Source: an uncultured Bifidobacterium sp. (GTDB lineage Bacteria > Verrucomicrobiota > Verrucomicrobiia > Limisphaerales > JADLHS01). From it: a DNA stretch of 46,661 bases. Positions 26,111 through 35,212 of the stretch are shown in pieces. Below the pieces are notes generated by a model. It had not been told where the DNA came from and did not search any database. It saw nothing but the letters and a program-made list of their open reading frames with translations. Made by a program: the position numbers and the translations under genes. Numbering within the stretch: the stretch's first letter is position 1; each line of letters opens with the position of its first letter. Location: the NCBI GenBank assembly GCA_964429665.1, contig CAYSDO010000002.1, positions 1 through 46,661 on the forward strand, read 5' to 3'.

Positions 26111-27715
26111 TTAATCACCTGGGAAAGCCAGCAGGTTGCTTGGAGCTCCCAACGGAATCACCGGCAGAATTACATAAGCATTAAAAACGGTGTCCGTGTG
26201 CAGATTCGGGTCGCGGCGGTAATGGTTTTGGTTGCCGATGAATTTTGAACAGTTGGTCAGATTGAGCGGCACATTGACGGTCGGATTTGTTGAATAGAAG
26301 GTGCCGATTACCGCTGGTACGCCAAGATAATTCTGCACATCCCGGACTTGATACCGCTCCCCATTCTGCAATCCGATACCCGAAATATCTACTCCCTCGG
26401 AAGAGTTGGTGCGCCAGTTCAACACCACAAGATTCGCCCGTCCCCTCTCATACTTGTTCTTCCGCAAAACAACGACGTTTTGTGCTGGCGTGGTCAGGTT
26501 AAACGTCCCCGTGGCTTCGTAACCCAGGCCCTGAATTGTGCCGAAGGTTTTGCGCGATTGATCCAGCCGCCAGTTGTCATAATTGCTGCCGAAGCCTTTG
26601 CCGTAATATCGGTTCGCATTCGCGTTCAAGACCGTCATATTTGAGTCAATCATGTTGGTCCTGACGATTTCCCAAAAGACCGCCGTCTGTGCATCACCTG
26701 CAATCGTGGACAACTCGACAAACGTATTGTTTGTCAGAATTAGATTCTTCCAACCTTTGAAGCTGGTCGAATATTGATACGCCCCTTCAGCTGTGTGGAT
26801 GAAATAATTGCTCGAAACCAGCAGATTCTGGTTGTTTTGGCCGAAGGCCCCCACGCGGGAGATATTGTTGTTATATTCTATGTTGGCATTTAAGATGGCA
26901 TTGGTAGTCGGGAAACCAGTCGAGTCAATGAAGATTCCGTCCCCATTGTTCTCAAACACAACGTTGCCATCAAAATGGAATCCCTCTGTTCGCGCCCCCT
27001 GCCCGTACGCCTTGATTCCAATGTTGAAATTCTTGAACGAAATGACATCAGTGATGTAACGGTGCCCGCTTTCGTTTTGAGTGTAGATGGCCGACCCGCG
27101 GACATCATTTGTCCAGCCGGGGTCGTAGGAATAAATACCATTGCCCCACATCACGCACCCGTAGATCTCCGCGCCGTCTCCCAACGCATACCAGGCACCA
27201 ATGCCCGGATGACCCACATCATGGACGATCAGGTTGATACAACGGTGACCCAAACCCAGCAGATTAAGGCCGGGTTGACGGTCGGTCGAAAGTCCGGTGC
27301 GATTGGTTGATGAGTTCATGACCTCAAACCCAAAGAAAGTTGTCCACGCTCCTTGGGCCGAGATGCCCCCATCAACGACCGCCCTTTCACCAGAATGCTG
27401 GCGCAAGACAATCGGCTGGTTCGATGTCCCGGTGAGCTGGGAACACACAATCCAGCTTCCACCTGTGCCGTACATTCCACCCCGCAGCCAGATGGTGTCG
27501 CCTGGCTTGACCACATTATTGACGTTCTGTGTCTTGGTATTATCTGCTAGAGCAGTTACAATATCCCACGGTTGTTGCAGGCTTCCGTTGCCCTGCGGGG
27601 TTCCATGGGGGGCAACAAAGAATTCCCCACCTGCAACTCGGACTGCCAAGCAAGCCAGGAGAGCGATGGTAATGAATTTTTTGGCTGTTTTCCTCATTTC
27701 AGACGCCAGACTCAC
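26111..27715 (-). CDS. secreted right-handed parallel beta-helix protein (pectate-lyase fold; candidate polysaccharide lyase/hydrolase/epimerase)
   Basis: Signal-like N-terminus (KKFITIALLACLAVRVAGG). FFVAPHGTPQGNGSLQQPWDI...VKPGDTIWLRGGMY is the typical beta-helix entry motif, followed by repeated G/N/I-rich coils. Start at 27715 or ATG 27697. One of only two minus-strand genes adjoining the locus, and lower GC by eye. Confidence 0.7.
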   Translation of the reverse strand: MSLASEMRKTAKKFITIALLACLAVRVAGGEFFVAPHGTPQGNGSLQQPWDIVTALADNTKTQNVNNVVKPGDTIWLRGGMYGTGGSWIVCSQLTGTSNQPIVLRQHSGERAVVDGGISAQGAWTTFFGFEVMNSSTNRTGLSTDRQPGLNLLGLGHRCINLIVHDVGHPGIGAWYALGDGAEIYGCVMWGNGIYSYDPGWTNDVRGSAIYTQNESGHRYITDVISFKNFNIGIKAYGQGARTEGFHFDGNVVFENNGDGIFIDSTGFPTTNAILNANIEYNNNISRVGAFGQNNQNLLVSSNYFIHTAEGAYQYSTSFKGWKNLILTNNTFVELSTIAGDAQTAVFWEIVRTNMIDSNMTVLNANANRYYGKGFGSNYDNWRLDQSRKTFGTIQGLGYEATGTFNLTTPAQNVVVLRKNKYERGRANLVVLNWRTNSSEGVDISGIGLQNGERYQVRDVQNYLGVPAVIGTFYSTNPTVNVPLNLTNCSKFIGNQNHYRRDPNLHTDTVFNAYVILPVIPLGAPSNLLAFPGD

Positions 27716-27852
27716 ATATTCTAGCCATTAACATACCACATAAATGCTGGTTGGCTGTGGTTAGCGGCACGGTTTTATAACGGTAATGGACTTAGCTTGT
27801 AGAACCGGCCCATGCAAGTCAATCAGTACATACGATTGATAGCTTCTTAACT

Positions 27853-29247
27853 ATGGCTTCGAAACTAGAGCGACTGTATCCTTACTTACCTGTGTTCCTC
27901 CAGAACTTGGGCATCAGCTTCTTCGGCCTTTACTGGAAGCAACAGCGTCTAGGTGGGCATTTTACAGCACATCTTGATGGTTTTAAGGAGCGGGACAAAT
28001 GGTCACCAGTGCAGTTTGATTCACACGTGGAAACCGAACTGCGCCAGGTTCTGGTCCACGCATTCAACCAGGTGCCATACTACACGCGCAAATGGTTCGA
28101 GACCGGAATCAGTGTTGGCGATTTGCAAGGGATGACAGTTGGTGGCTTATCGCGTCTTCCCATTACACCCAAGCAGGACCTGCGGCTTGCGCCCGACTCA
28201 TTTGTGGCCCGCAACGTGGCCGCGCGAGAGAAGTTGCATCGCTACCGCAGCAGCGGCAGTACTGGAACGCCCATCACTGCCATCTGCACATCAGATACCC
28301 ATCGCAGATACATCGCCGCCCGGGAAGCCCGGTCATTCGGGTGGGCAGGTACCAGCGTCCGGAAACCACGCTCGATGATCGGCGGCCGGATGGTCGTTCC
28401 AAGCGGGATTTCTCGTGGGCCGTTTCATCGCTACAATTGGGCCGAAAAGCAGGTCTATTTTTCTGCTTATCATATCTCACCCGCCAACGTTCCGGACTAC
28501 GTGAAGGCCTTCAATCATTACCGTCCACGGGTCATGACCGGCTATGCTTATTCACACTATATCCTCGCGCGCATGATGAACGAGGCCGGGTTGACGTTGG
28601 ACTATGAGCCTGATGCTCTCGTCCTGAGCAGTGAGAAACTGACCACGGAAATGAAGGCCGCAATTCAACAGGCTTTTAGGGCGCGCGCTTTTGAGGAGTA
28701 CGGCGCGACGGAAAACTGCATGCTCGCCACGGAGTGTGAACACGGACGGCTTCATGCAAATCCCGACTTCGGAATCATTGAAATCGTGGACGACCAAAAC
28801 CAACCGGTGCTGCCAGGTGTTGAGGGCCGGATTCTATGCACATCATTGCTCAATGACGCACAGCCCTTGATCCGTTATGACGTCGGTGATTTGGGTGTTT
28901 GGTCGGAAGCTACATGTCCGTGTGGACGGAATCATCTTCCGGTACTTAATGAAATCGTCGGACGGCTTGAGGATGTGGTGGTGGGGCCGGATGGTCGCCA
29001 GATGGTCCGCTTTCATGGTATCTTCATAGATCTGCCTCACGTTCTCGAAGGACAGGTCATCCAGGGAGCGCACGATAGATTCACCGTCAAGGTGGTAACA
29101 CGCGATGGGTTCGGCTCTGCCGAAGAGGCAATGATTCGAAAACGATTTGCCGACCGATTGGGCCCGGTTTCAGTCGAGATTCATCGGGTGACTGAGATCC
29201 CACGCAACGCACGGGGTAAGTTTCGCGCTGTCATCCGGAACTTCTGA
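27853..29247 (+). CDS. phenylacetate-CoA ligase / coenzyme F390 synthetase-like adenylate-forming enzyme
   Basis: HRYRSSGSTGTPITAICT (AMP-binding P-loop-like SSGSTG), YGATENCMLATEC, RYDVGDLG, and C-terminal EIPRNARGKFRAV. Confidence 0.85.
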   Translation: MASKLERLYPYLPVFLQNLGISFFGLYWKQQRLGGHFTAHLDGFKERDKWSPVQFDSHVETELRQVLVHAFNQVPYYTRKWFETGISVGDLQGMTVGGLSRLPITPKQDLRLAPDSFVARNVAAREKLHRYRSSGSTGTPITAICTSDTHRRYIAAREARSFGWAGTSVRKPRSMIGGRMVVPSGISRGPFHRYNWAEKQVYFSAYHISPANVPDYVKAFNHYRPRVMTGYAYSHYILARMMNEAGLTLDYEPDALVLSSEKLTTEMKAAIQQAFRARAFEEYGATENCMLATECEHGRLHANPDFGIIEIVDDQNQPVLPGVEGRILCTSLLNDAQPLIRYDVGDLGVWSEATCPCGRNHLPVLNEIVGRLEDVVVGPDGRQMVRFHGIFIDLPHVLEGQVIQGAHDRFTVKVVTRDGFGSAEEAMIRKRFADRLGPVSVEIHRVTEIPRNARGKFRAVIRNF

Positions 29248-29289
29248 TTTGAGCAACAAGCCTGTCGCACTCACAGCCAGCAAAGCATC

Positions 29290-30555
29290 ATGAAGGTTTG
29301 GATTCTCAAGGATGCCGAACCCCTGCCGTTGAAACCCGGCCAGCGGGCGTTGCGCTCCGGATTGCTCGCCCAGGAACTGGGTCGGCGCGGACACAATGTA
29401 GTCTGGTGGACCAGCACCTTCTCGCATCACCTTAAGCAGTTCATTTTCGAGCAGGACACCCGTCTCGAGTTGATGCCCAATGTCACGCTGCTCGCGCTGG
29501 ATGTCGGACGTTATCAGCGCAATGTCTCGTTCGCTCGCTTGCGCCATCATCGCCGGCTCGGACGCCGATTCCAGAAGCTGGCCGTCAGCGAATCAAAGCC
29601 GGACATCATCGTCAGCACACTGCCCATCATTGACTTTCCATTTGAGGCCGCAGGCTTTGCCTCCAGTCGCGACATTCCACTACTCGTGGATGTGCGGGAT
29701 CCGTGGCCGGATGTCTTCGTTGATAAATCGCCCGCACTTTTAAGACCCTTGGTGCGCTGGCTTACCTGGACCGAACGTCGCCGCGCGGCTCACGCGCTTA
29801 AATGCGCCGCTTCTTTGACGGCTGTCTCCAATGGTTTTCTCCGCTGGGCGCTCGGTCTGGCGGAACGGCGTCAAACTCGACAAGACCGTGTGTTCTACTT
29901 GGGGCATTCCGGATTTGAAACCGCCGCGCCGGACTCATCACAGCCATCGAAAATGCTTGCTCAACTGGACGGGAAATTGGTCTTCACATTTGTCGGGACC
30001 TTCGGCCACTCCTACGAAGTCGAACTGATTGCCCGGGCGGCGCAGTATTTTGGCACGCATCACCCGGATATCGCGTTTGTGCTCGTCGGAGATGGTCACC
30101 AGCGGGAAATCCTTCACCAAAAGTATGCCGGCCTTCCAAATCTCTTTCTGACCGGCTGGCTGGACACCCCGGAGATTGCGGCGCTACTTGCCCAATCCCA
30201 TGTCGGCCTTGTTCCATGTCGCAGTCTGCCCGACACGGTGCCCAACAAGCCGTTCGAGTACATGGCCGCCGATCTGCCACTCCTCAGTTCCTTGCAAGGT
30301 GAAATGGCGGAGATGATTGAAACACTTGGTCTGGGTCTTTCCTACCGCGCAGGAGATTTGGACGGGTTCATCCAAGTCGCGGAGCGTGTCTGGCGCGATC
30401 GCCCGGCCCTTGCTCGTTGGTCCGCCAATTCAAAAAAGGCATTCAATGAAAAGTTCAGTGCCGCCAGAATTTACCCCGACTTTGCCAGCCACATCGAACT
30501 TATCCATTCCTTGTCGCGCAGCGACCGCCCTGTAACCGCCCTTCCCGTCGCCTGA
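29290..30555 (+). CDS. glycosyltransferase (GT-B, WcaI-like GT4)
   Basis: MKVWILKDAEPLP..., LVFTFVGTFGHSYEVELIARAA...VLVGDGHQRE...GLVPCRSLPDTVPNKPFEYMAADLPLLSSL. Confidence 0.85.
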   Translation: MKVWILKDAEPLPLKPGQRALRSGLLAQELGRRGHNVVWWTSTFSHHLKQFIFEQDTRLELMPNVTLLALDVGRYQRNVSFARLRHHRRLGRRFQKLAVSESKPDIIVSTLPIIDFPFEAAGFASSRDIPLLVDVRDPWPDVFVDKSPALLRPLVRWLTWTERRRAAHALKCAASLTAVSNGFLRWALGLAERRQTRQDRVFYLGHSGFETAAPDSSQPSKMLAQLDGKLVFTFVGTFGHSYEVELIARAAQYFGTHHPDIAFVLVGDGHQREILHQKYAGLPNLFLTGWLDTPEIAALLAQSHVGLVPCRSLPDTVPNKPFEYMAADLPLLSSLQGEMAEMIETLGLGLSYRAGDLDGFIQVAERVWRDRPALARWSANSKKAFNEKFSAARIYPDFASHIELIHSLSRSDRPVTALPVA

Positions 30556-31030
30556 CCCTGCTTTCTGTTTTCTGCTTTCTATTTTCTCAATTTCTGTTTT
30601 GTAATGTCAGGTTTCAGAATCTCAGCCTTTTAGCTTTTCAGCATGTCAGCTTTTGTTTGGTCGTCCGTCGTCCGTCGTCCGTTGTCCGTGGACCTTGGCC
30701 CGTGAAGTCCTGTCCCTCTACTTCACTGGGTCCGGCCCGTGAAGTCCTGTCCCTCTACTTCACTGGGTCCGGCCCGTGAAGTGTGCCGTTTTACTTCACC
30801 GGCCTGCTTTCCATATTTCTGTTTTGAAATGTCAGCGTGTCACCTTGTCAGCATTTCAGAATCTGGCGTGTCCCGTAGTCCGTAGTCAGTTGTCCGTGGT
30901 CCCGATTTCTACTTTCTGTTTTCCTAATTTCTCTTTTGTTTTGGTCCGTAGTCAGTAGTCAGTAGTCATTTCTAATTTCTGCTTTCCCAATTTCAGATTT
31001 TTAGTTTGTCAGCATTTCAGCTTTTGCTTT
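30556..31030 (+). repeat. mosaic repeat block E (largest contiguous block; all four module types)
   Basis: Begins 1 nt after the GT stop and ends at the GTG start of the next gene. Order: ctgctttctgttttctgctttctattttctc.. / ..tttcagaatctcagcc..cagcatgtcagc / gtcgtccgtcgtccgtcgtccgttgtccgtgg / three hairpins / further TTTCTGY, GTCAG and GTAGTCA runs. Confidence 0.95.
30697..30804 (+). repeat. triple tandem of the hairpin module (two exact 37-nt copies plus one loop variant)
   Basis: ggcccgtgaagtcctgtccctctacttcactgggtcc at 30697-30733 and 30734-30770; ggcccgtgaagtgtgccgttttacttcaccggcc at 30771-30804. Confidence 0.95.
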
Positions 31031-32077
31031 GTGTCCCCATCCCCCGCCATCTTCCTCGTCTCCACCGCCACTTGCTGGTTGTTGGGATTCGCCGTGTACC
31101 GGCTTCTGAGCCATTATCGCATCATCGATTCCCCAAATTCTCGCTCCAGCCACACACACCCCACCGTTCGTGGCGGCGGTATCGCCATCATCGCCACCTT
31201 GGTGGGTGTCGGCACATGGCTCATCACCCGGTCCGAAGCTCAGCCCCTGTTAATGGTTGGCTTGTGCATGCTGGCGCTGGCGGTTGTTTCCTTCATCGAT
31301 GACCTGAAATCAATACCGGTCGCCATCCGACTTGGTTGCCATCTCCTCGCGGTACTGGTGGCTTGGGTTGCGCTGGGAATATCCGGCATCACTCTGGGAT
31401 TCTCAACCGACACGGGCCTGCGCTTGCCGTGGGTTGCCGGCGGGTTTCTTGGTTGTCTCTGGATCGTCGGATACACCAACGCCTTCAATTTTATGGACGG
31501 CATAAACGGCATCGCCGCTGGTCAGGCTGCTCTTACCGGGTTGGGCATGGCATTGCTGGCCGGTTTAACCCTCGGTGATTTCACCAGCACACCCGTATTG
31601 TTGAGTTTGGCCCTAGCCGGTGCGGCCCTCGGGTTCCTCCCGCACAACTTCCCCTGCGCCCGCATGTTCATGGGCGATGTCGGAAGCGCGCCACTGGGTT
31701 TCCTGTTGGGTGTCATGGTTGTTTGGCTGGCCAGGATTGCGGGCGGATGGCTGCTCATCCCGCTCGCTTTGCTCCACGCCAATTTTGTTTTGGACACCGC
31801 CATCACCCTCGTCCGCCGCGTTGCTCGCGGTGATAAGTGGCATCAGGCTCATCGCGAACACTTCTACCAGCGGCTCGTCCGCTCCGGCAAAAGCCATGCA
31901 TTTGTGACCGGTTGCGAACTCTTGCTCCAGATCCTCGTCCTGGGCTTGATGGTGCTCTATCTCCACGCCAGTGTGCCCGTGCGATTAGGTTTGGTCGTCG
32001 TCGTGATTCTCATCTGGCTGTCCTTTTTTGCCTTCTGCGAAATCTCTTTCCGCCGCCGCCAACTCTCTGATCTCTGA
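31031..32077 (+). CDS. undecaprenyl-phosphate HexNAc-1-phosphate transferase (MraY/WecA/WbpL family, Glycos_transf_4); initiating enzyme
   Basis: IIDSPNSRSSHTHPTVRGGGIAI, GYTNAFNFMDGINGIAAGQA, LPHNFPCARMFMGDVGSAPLGFLLG; about 10 TM segments; GTG start. Confidence 0.9.
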   Translation: MSPSPAIFLVSTATCWLLGFAVYRLLSHYRIIDSPNSRSSHTHPTVRGGGIAIIATLVGVGTWLITRSEAQPLLMVGLCMLALAVVSFIDDLKSIPVAIRLGCHLLAVLVAWVALGISGITLGFSTDTGLRLPWVAGGFLGCLWIVGYTNAFNFMDGINGIAAGQAALTGLGMALLAGLTLGDFTSTPVLLSLALAGAALGFLPHNFPCARMFMGDVGSAPLGFLLGVMVVWLARIAGGWLLIPLALLHANFVLDTAITLVRRVARGDKWHQAHREHFYQRLVRSGKSHAFVTGCELLLQILVLGLMVLYLHASVPVRLGLVVVVILIWLSFFAFCEISFRRRQLSDL

Positions 32078-32395
32078 TGTCAATTTTAGCCCGGATTATT
32101 TCAGCGTTTGAGTATTTCAGCTTTCTGTTTTCTGCTTTCCATATTTCTGTTTTTTTGTGTTTGGTTTCAGCATTTCACTTTTCAGTATCTCAGTTTTTCA
32201 TTCGTGCTAATTCGTGAAATTCGCGTCTCACCTGGGCCCGTGGAGTGGCCCTTCGCCCGTTATCCTTGGCCCGTGAAATGGCCATGCATTTCACTGGGCC
32301 GTATTTCAGCTTTTGCCTTGTGTGATTTCTGCTTTCTACTCTCTGCTTTGGTCGTGACTGTTTCAGCTTTCAACTTTTTGACTTGGTCCATCCGT
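32078..32395 (+). repeat. mosaic repeat block F (TTTCAGC, TTTCTGY, an ATTCGTG motif, hairpin 32268-32300 and a degenerate hairpin 32234-32259)
   Basis: atttcagcgtttgagtatttcagctttctgttttctgctttcc...ttcattcgtgctaattcgtgaaattcgcg...ttggcccgtgaaatggccatgcatttcactgggcc...gatttctgctttctactctctgc. Confidence 0.9.
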
Positions 32396-32424
32396 GATCG
32401 AATCGCGTTTTATAGTCTAGGTTT

Positions 32425-32871
32425 ATGAATCAACCCACCGAAGATTTGAAATTGATTCACGGCGGACAACACTCCGACGCTCGCGGCTCCATTGCTTTCG
32501 TGAATGGATTCAATTTCAAGGGTGTGGACCGCTTCTACTGGATCACAGCGGAGGCGACAAACACACAACGCGGCTGGGTGGGCCATCGCCGGGAGCAAAA
32601 ATGGTTTACCGTACCCCAGGGAGAAGTGCTGATTGCAGCAGTCAAACCGGATGATTGGGAGCGACCGGATAGGAATCTGCCCGTGGCAAGGTATCTTCTT
32701 TCTGCAACCCAACCGCAGGTGCTTCATGTGCCGCCGGGCTACGCGACGGCCAGCGTGAACCTACACCCCCACGCGGTGCTCATGGTCTTTTCCTCAGGCA
32801 GAATTGAAGACGCCAAAACTGACGACTTTAGATTCCCGCTGGATCATTGGCCAATTCAGGCTGCCCCCTGA
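32425..32871 (+). CDS. WxcM/FdtA-like cupin (putative NDP-4-keto-6-deoxyhexose 3,4-isomerase)
   Basis: HSDARGSIAFVNGFNFKGVDRFYWITAEATNTQRGWVGHRREQKWFTVPQGEVLIA...LHVPPGYATA fits the D.RG...R.f....RG.H.H cupin pattern of this family. Confidence 0.65.
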   Translation: MNQPTEDLKLIHGGQHSDARGSIAFVNGFNFKGVDRFYWITAEATNTQRGWVGHRREQKWFTVPQGEVLIAAVKPDDWERPDRNLPVARYLLSATQPQVLHVPPGYATASVNLHPHAVLMVFSSGRIEDAKTDDFRFPLDHWPIQAAP

Positions 32872-33412
32872 TTTCTGCTTTCTGTTTTCTAAATGTTAGC
32901 ATTTGTATTGAGACCGCAATTCAGGTTTCAGAATCTCAGCCTTTCAGCATTTGTTTTTGGCCGCTTTCTACTTTCTGCTTTCTTGATTTCTGTTTTGCAA
33001 TGTCAGCCTGTCAGGATTTCAGCATTTCAGATTTTTGCTTCTTGCTTTGTAGTCCGTGGACCTTGGCCTGTGAAGTCTGCCGTTTACCGCTTCATTGGGC
33101 TGTTCTCCCACTTTCAGCTTTTCAGTATGTCAGCATTTCAGCTTTTTCGATTTTTGCTTCGTAGTCAGTGGTCAGTTGTCCGTGGTCCCAATTTCAGCTT
33201 TCTGCTTTCTTAATTTCTGTTTTGCAATGTCAGCCTGTCAGGATTTCAGCTTTTCAGCGCTTCAGCTTTTTGCTTTATGGTCCGTTGTCCTTATTTCTGC
33301 TTTCTGCTTTCCCAATTTCTGTTTTGAAATGTCAGCGTGTCAGCCTGTCAGGATTTCAGCTTTTCAGCATTTGTTTTTGGCCGCTTTCTCCCTTCCCAAT
33401 TTCTAATTTTGC
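32869..33412 (+). repeat. mosaic repeat block G (~540 bp; starts on the TGA of the preceding gene)
   Basis: Repeated units of gatttctgctttctgttttc / gtttcagaatctcagcctttcagc / ttgcaatgtcagcctgtcaggatttcagc (three near-identical copies at about 32995, 33225 and 33330) / gtagtccgtgg / hairpin 33065-33100. Confidence 0.95.
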
Positions 33413-33477
33413 ATTGGACCGCCATTGTCCTACCCTCAATGTTAATTTCGACGTCAAAAATAAATGAAAGGATCAAT

Positions 33478-33888
33478 ATGACCGACATCGAAACTCAGCA
33501 GCGCTTCGTCTTCCTCCGCTCTCAGGGCTGGAGCTTTGCCCGCATCTCCGAGGACCTCAAGGTCTCCAAACCCACGCTCATCAACTGGAGCCGCAAATTC
33601 CAGTTCGACATCCAGAACCAGCGCGCCATCAACATCGAGGCCCTCCAGGAAAAATGGCTCTCCACGCGCGATGTCCGCGTCAACGCCCTCGGTGAAAATC
33701 TCCGCAAGGTCGAGGCCGAACTCGCAAAGCGCGATCTCACCACCGTGCCTACGCGCCAGTTGTTCAGTCTGGCCGGCTCGTTGCGCCGCGAGATCAAACA
33801 CGAAACGGGGACCTTGCAATTCACATCACCCATTTCCCAGATCCCCAACGATGAATACCACGAACAAGTCCAGGACTGGAACCCTTGA
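33478..33888 (+). CDS. small HTH-domain protein (function unknown) followed by a coiled-coil segment
   Basis: AAGGA lies 6-10 nt upstream of ATG 33478. FVFLRSQGWSFARISEDLKVSKPTLINWSRKF is a canonical HTH, then ...LRKVEAELAKRDL. The track ORF 33337.. starts on a repeat-borne ATG. Confidence 0.6.
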   Translation: MTDIETQQRFVFLRSQGWSFARISEDLKVSKPTLINWSRKFQFDIQNQRAINIEALQEKWLSTRDVRVNALGENLRKVEAELAKRDLTTVPTRQLFSLAGSLRREIKHETGTLQFTSPISQIPNDEYHEQVQDWNP

Positions 33889-33985
33889 GGCGTGCGCTCC
33901 GATGGTAGGGCGTGTCGCGCTGCGACCGCCTTCCCTGGCGCATGTCTGCCGTTCGAGAATTTCGGCATTTGGATGTTGGGTATTT

Positions 33986-34306
33986 GGTCGTCCCATCGTC
34001 CCCAATTTCCCCATGTCAGATTTTCAGTATGTCAGTATGTCAGCATTTGTTTGGTCGTCCCATCGTCCGTGGTCCATGGTCATTTCGTATTTCTGCTTTC
34101 TTTATTTCTGTTTTGCAATGTCAGTTTGTCAGCCTTTCAGCCTTTCAGCATTTGTTTTTGACCGCTTTCTACTTTCCTTGGCCCGTGAAGTCCTGTCCCT
34201 TACTTCACCAGGCTGCTTTCCCAATTTCAGTTTGTCAGCCTTTCAGCCTTTTGCTTTCTGCTTTCTGCTTTCCCAATTTCTGTTTTGAGACAAATGTCAG
34301 CTTTTT
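33986..34306 (+). repeat. mosaic repeat block H
   Basis: ggtcgtcccatcgtcccc / atgtcagattttcagtatgtcagtatgtcagc / ggtcgtcccatcgtccgtggtcc / atttctgctttctttatttctgttttgcaatgtcag / cagcctttcagcctttcagc / hairpin 34180-34213 / ctttctgctttctgctttcccaatttctg. Confidence 0.95.
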
Positions 34307-34314
34307 AGAATGCA

Positions 34315-34584
34315 ATGCGTAACCTGACCCACAATCTTAGCCGCAATGCGACCCGGTACACCACGCGCATGATCGGCGGCCTCCGACGCCCGCCCCAGCC
34401 GGACTATTTGGGCATCGCCTGCCGCGCCTTCGAAAAAGTCTATGAGATTGATCGGCGGCTTCAGCCCTACATCCAGGAACAGATCCGCCTGCAGAAGCAA
34501 CGCGCTTTCGAAGCACAGATTGATGCCGCCCTCGACCGCGTTTACGGCCCGGAAACGAAGCAACCAGATGCTGGTCCGCAGTAG
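34315..34584 (+). CDS. hypothetical small protein (89 aa)
   Basis: ORF lies in unique, non-repeat sequence between two repeat blocks and has an ordinary amino-acid composition (..ACRAFEKVYEIDRRLQPYIQEQIRLQKQRAFEAQIDAALDRVYG..). No recognisable family. Confidence 0.35.
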   Translation: MRNLTHNLSRNATRYTTRMIGGLRRPPQPDYLGIACRAFEKVYEIDRRLQPYIQEQIRLQKQRAFEAQIDAALDRVYGPETKQPDAGPQ

Positions 34585-34823
34585 GTCCCGTTCCCTTTTC
34601 CGCATCCAATGGGAAGAGATTCATCAGATCCCGATTTGCGCCATTAACCCATGAACCGGGGCGCTATGCCTGGGAGCGCTGGCGTCCCGCCGGCGAGTTG
34701 CACTCGGGCCAACAGTCCCGGACCGCGGGCGGTCCCTCGCCCGCAGCGCACCCACCGCTTTCAACCGGCAGGGATTCGTCAAAGTCGCCACAGATGAGCG
34801 ATGATAAGCGCAGATTAGTGGTT

Positions 34824-34983
34824 CAATTTCAGCTTTTGCTTGGTAGTCCGTGGTCAGATGTCCATGGTCATTTTGGATTTCTACTCTCTGCTTTTGATAT
34901 TTCTACTTTTGTTTGGTCGTCCCGTTGTCCGTTGTCCGTGGTCCCAATTTCAGCTTTCTGCTTTCCCAATTTCTGTTTTGTTT
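34824..34983 (+). repeat. mosaic repeat block I-1
   Basis: caatttcagcttttgcttggtagtccgtggtcagatgtccatggtc...atttctactctctgc...ggtcgtcccgttgtccgttgtccgtggtcccaatttcagctttctgctttcccaatttctgttttg. Confidence 0.9.
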
Positions 34984-35076
34984 AGAAAATCGAATCCGGT
35001 AAAGAAATGGTAAACAAACGGTAAAGTTTTCCCCCAATCCCGGACCTCTCAATCTTAATCCCAATCACGCTGGCTG

Positions 35077-35212
35077 GATTTCAGCTTTTCAGCATGTCAG
35101 CATTTCAGCTTTTGTTTGGTCGTCCGTTGTCCATTGTCCGTAGTCCGTCGTCCGTGGTCCCAATTTCTACTTTCTGCTTTCTCAATTTCTGGTTTTCAGT
35201 ATCTCAGCGTTT
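35077..35212 (+). repeat. mosaic repeat block I-2, ending 6 nt before the DUF218 ATG
   Basis: gatttcagcttttcagcatgtcagcatttcagcttttgtttggtcgtccgttgtccattgtccgtagtccgtcgtccgtggtcccaatttctactttctgctttctcaatttctgg. Confidence 0.9.

Noticed and set aside
30556-31030. Possible CRISPR array (regularly recurring short motifs in intergenic DNA)
   Set aside because: The periods are 7-8 nt or irregular ~110-130-nt mosaics. There is no constant 24-48-nt repeat alternating with unique spacers of fixed length, and no cas genes in the window.
33536-34288. 250-aa + strand ORF overlapping the HTH gene in another frame and continuing through repeat block H
   Set aside because: It has a S/R/P-rich low-complexity translation and is kept open by the stop-free repeat. 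The alternative frame (33478..33888) has an RBS and a clear HTH.
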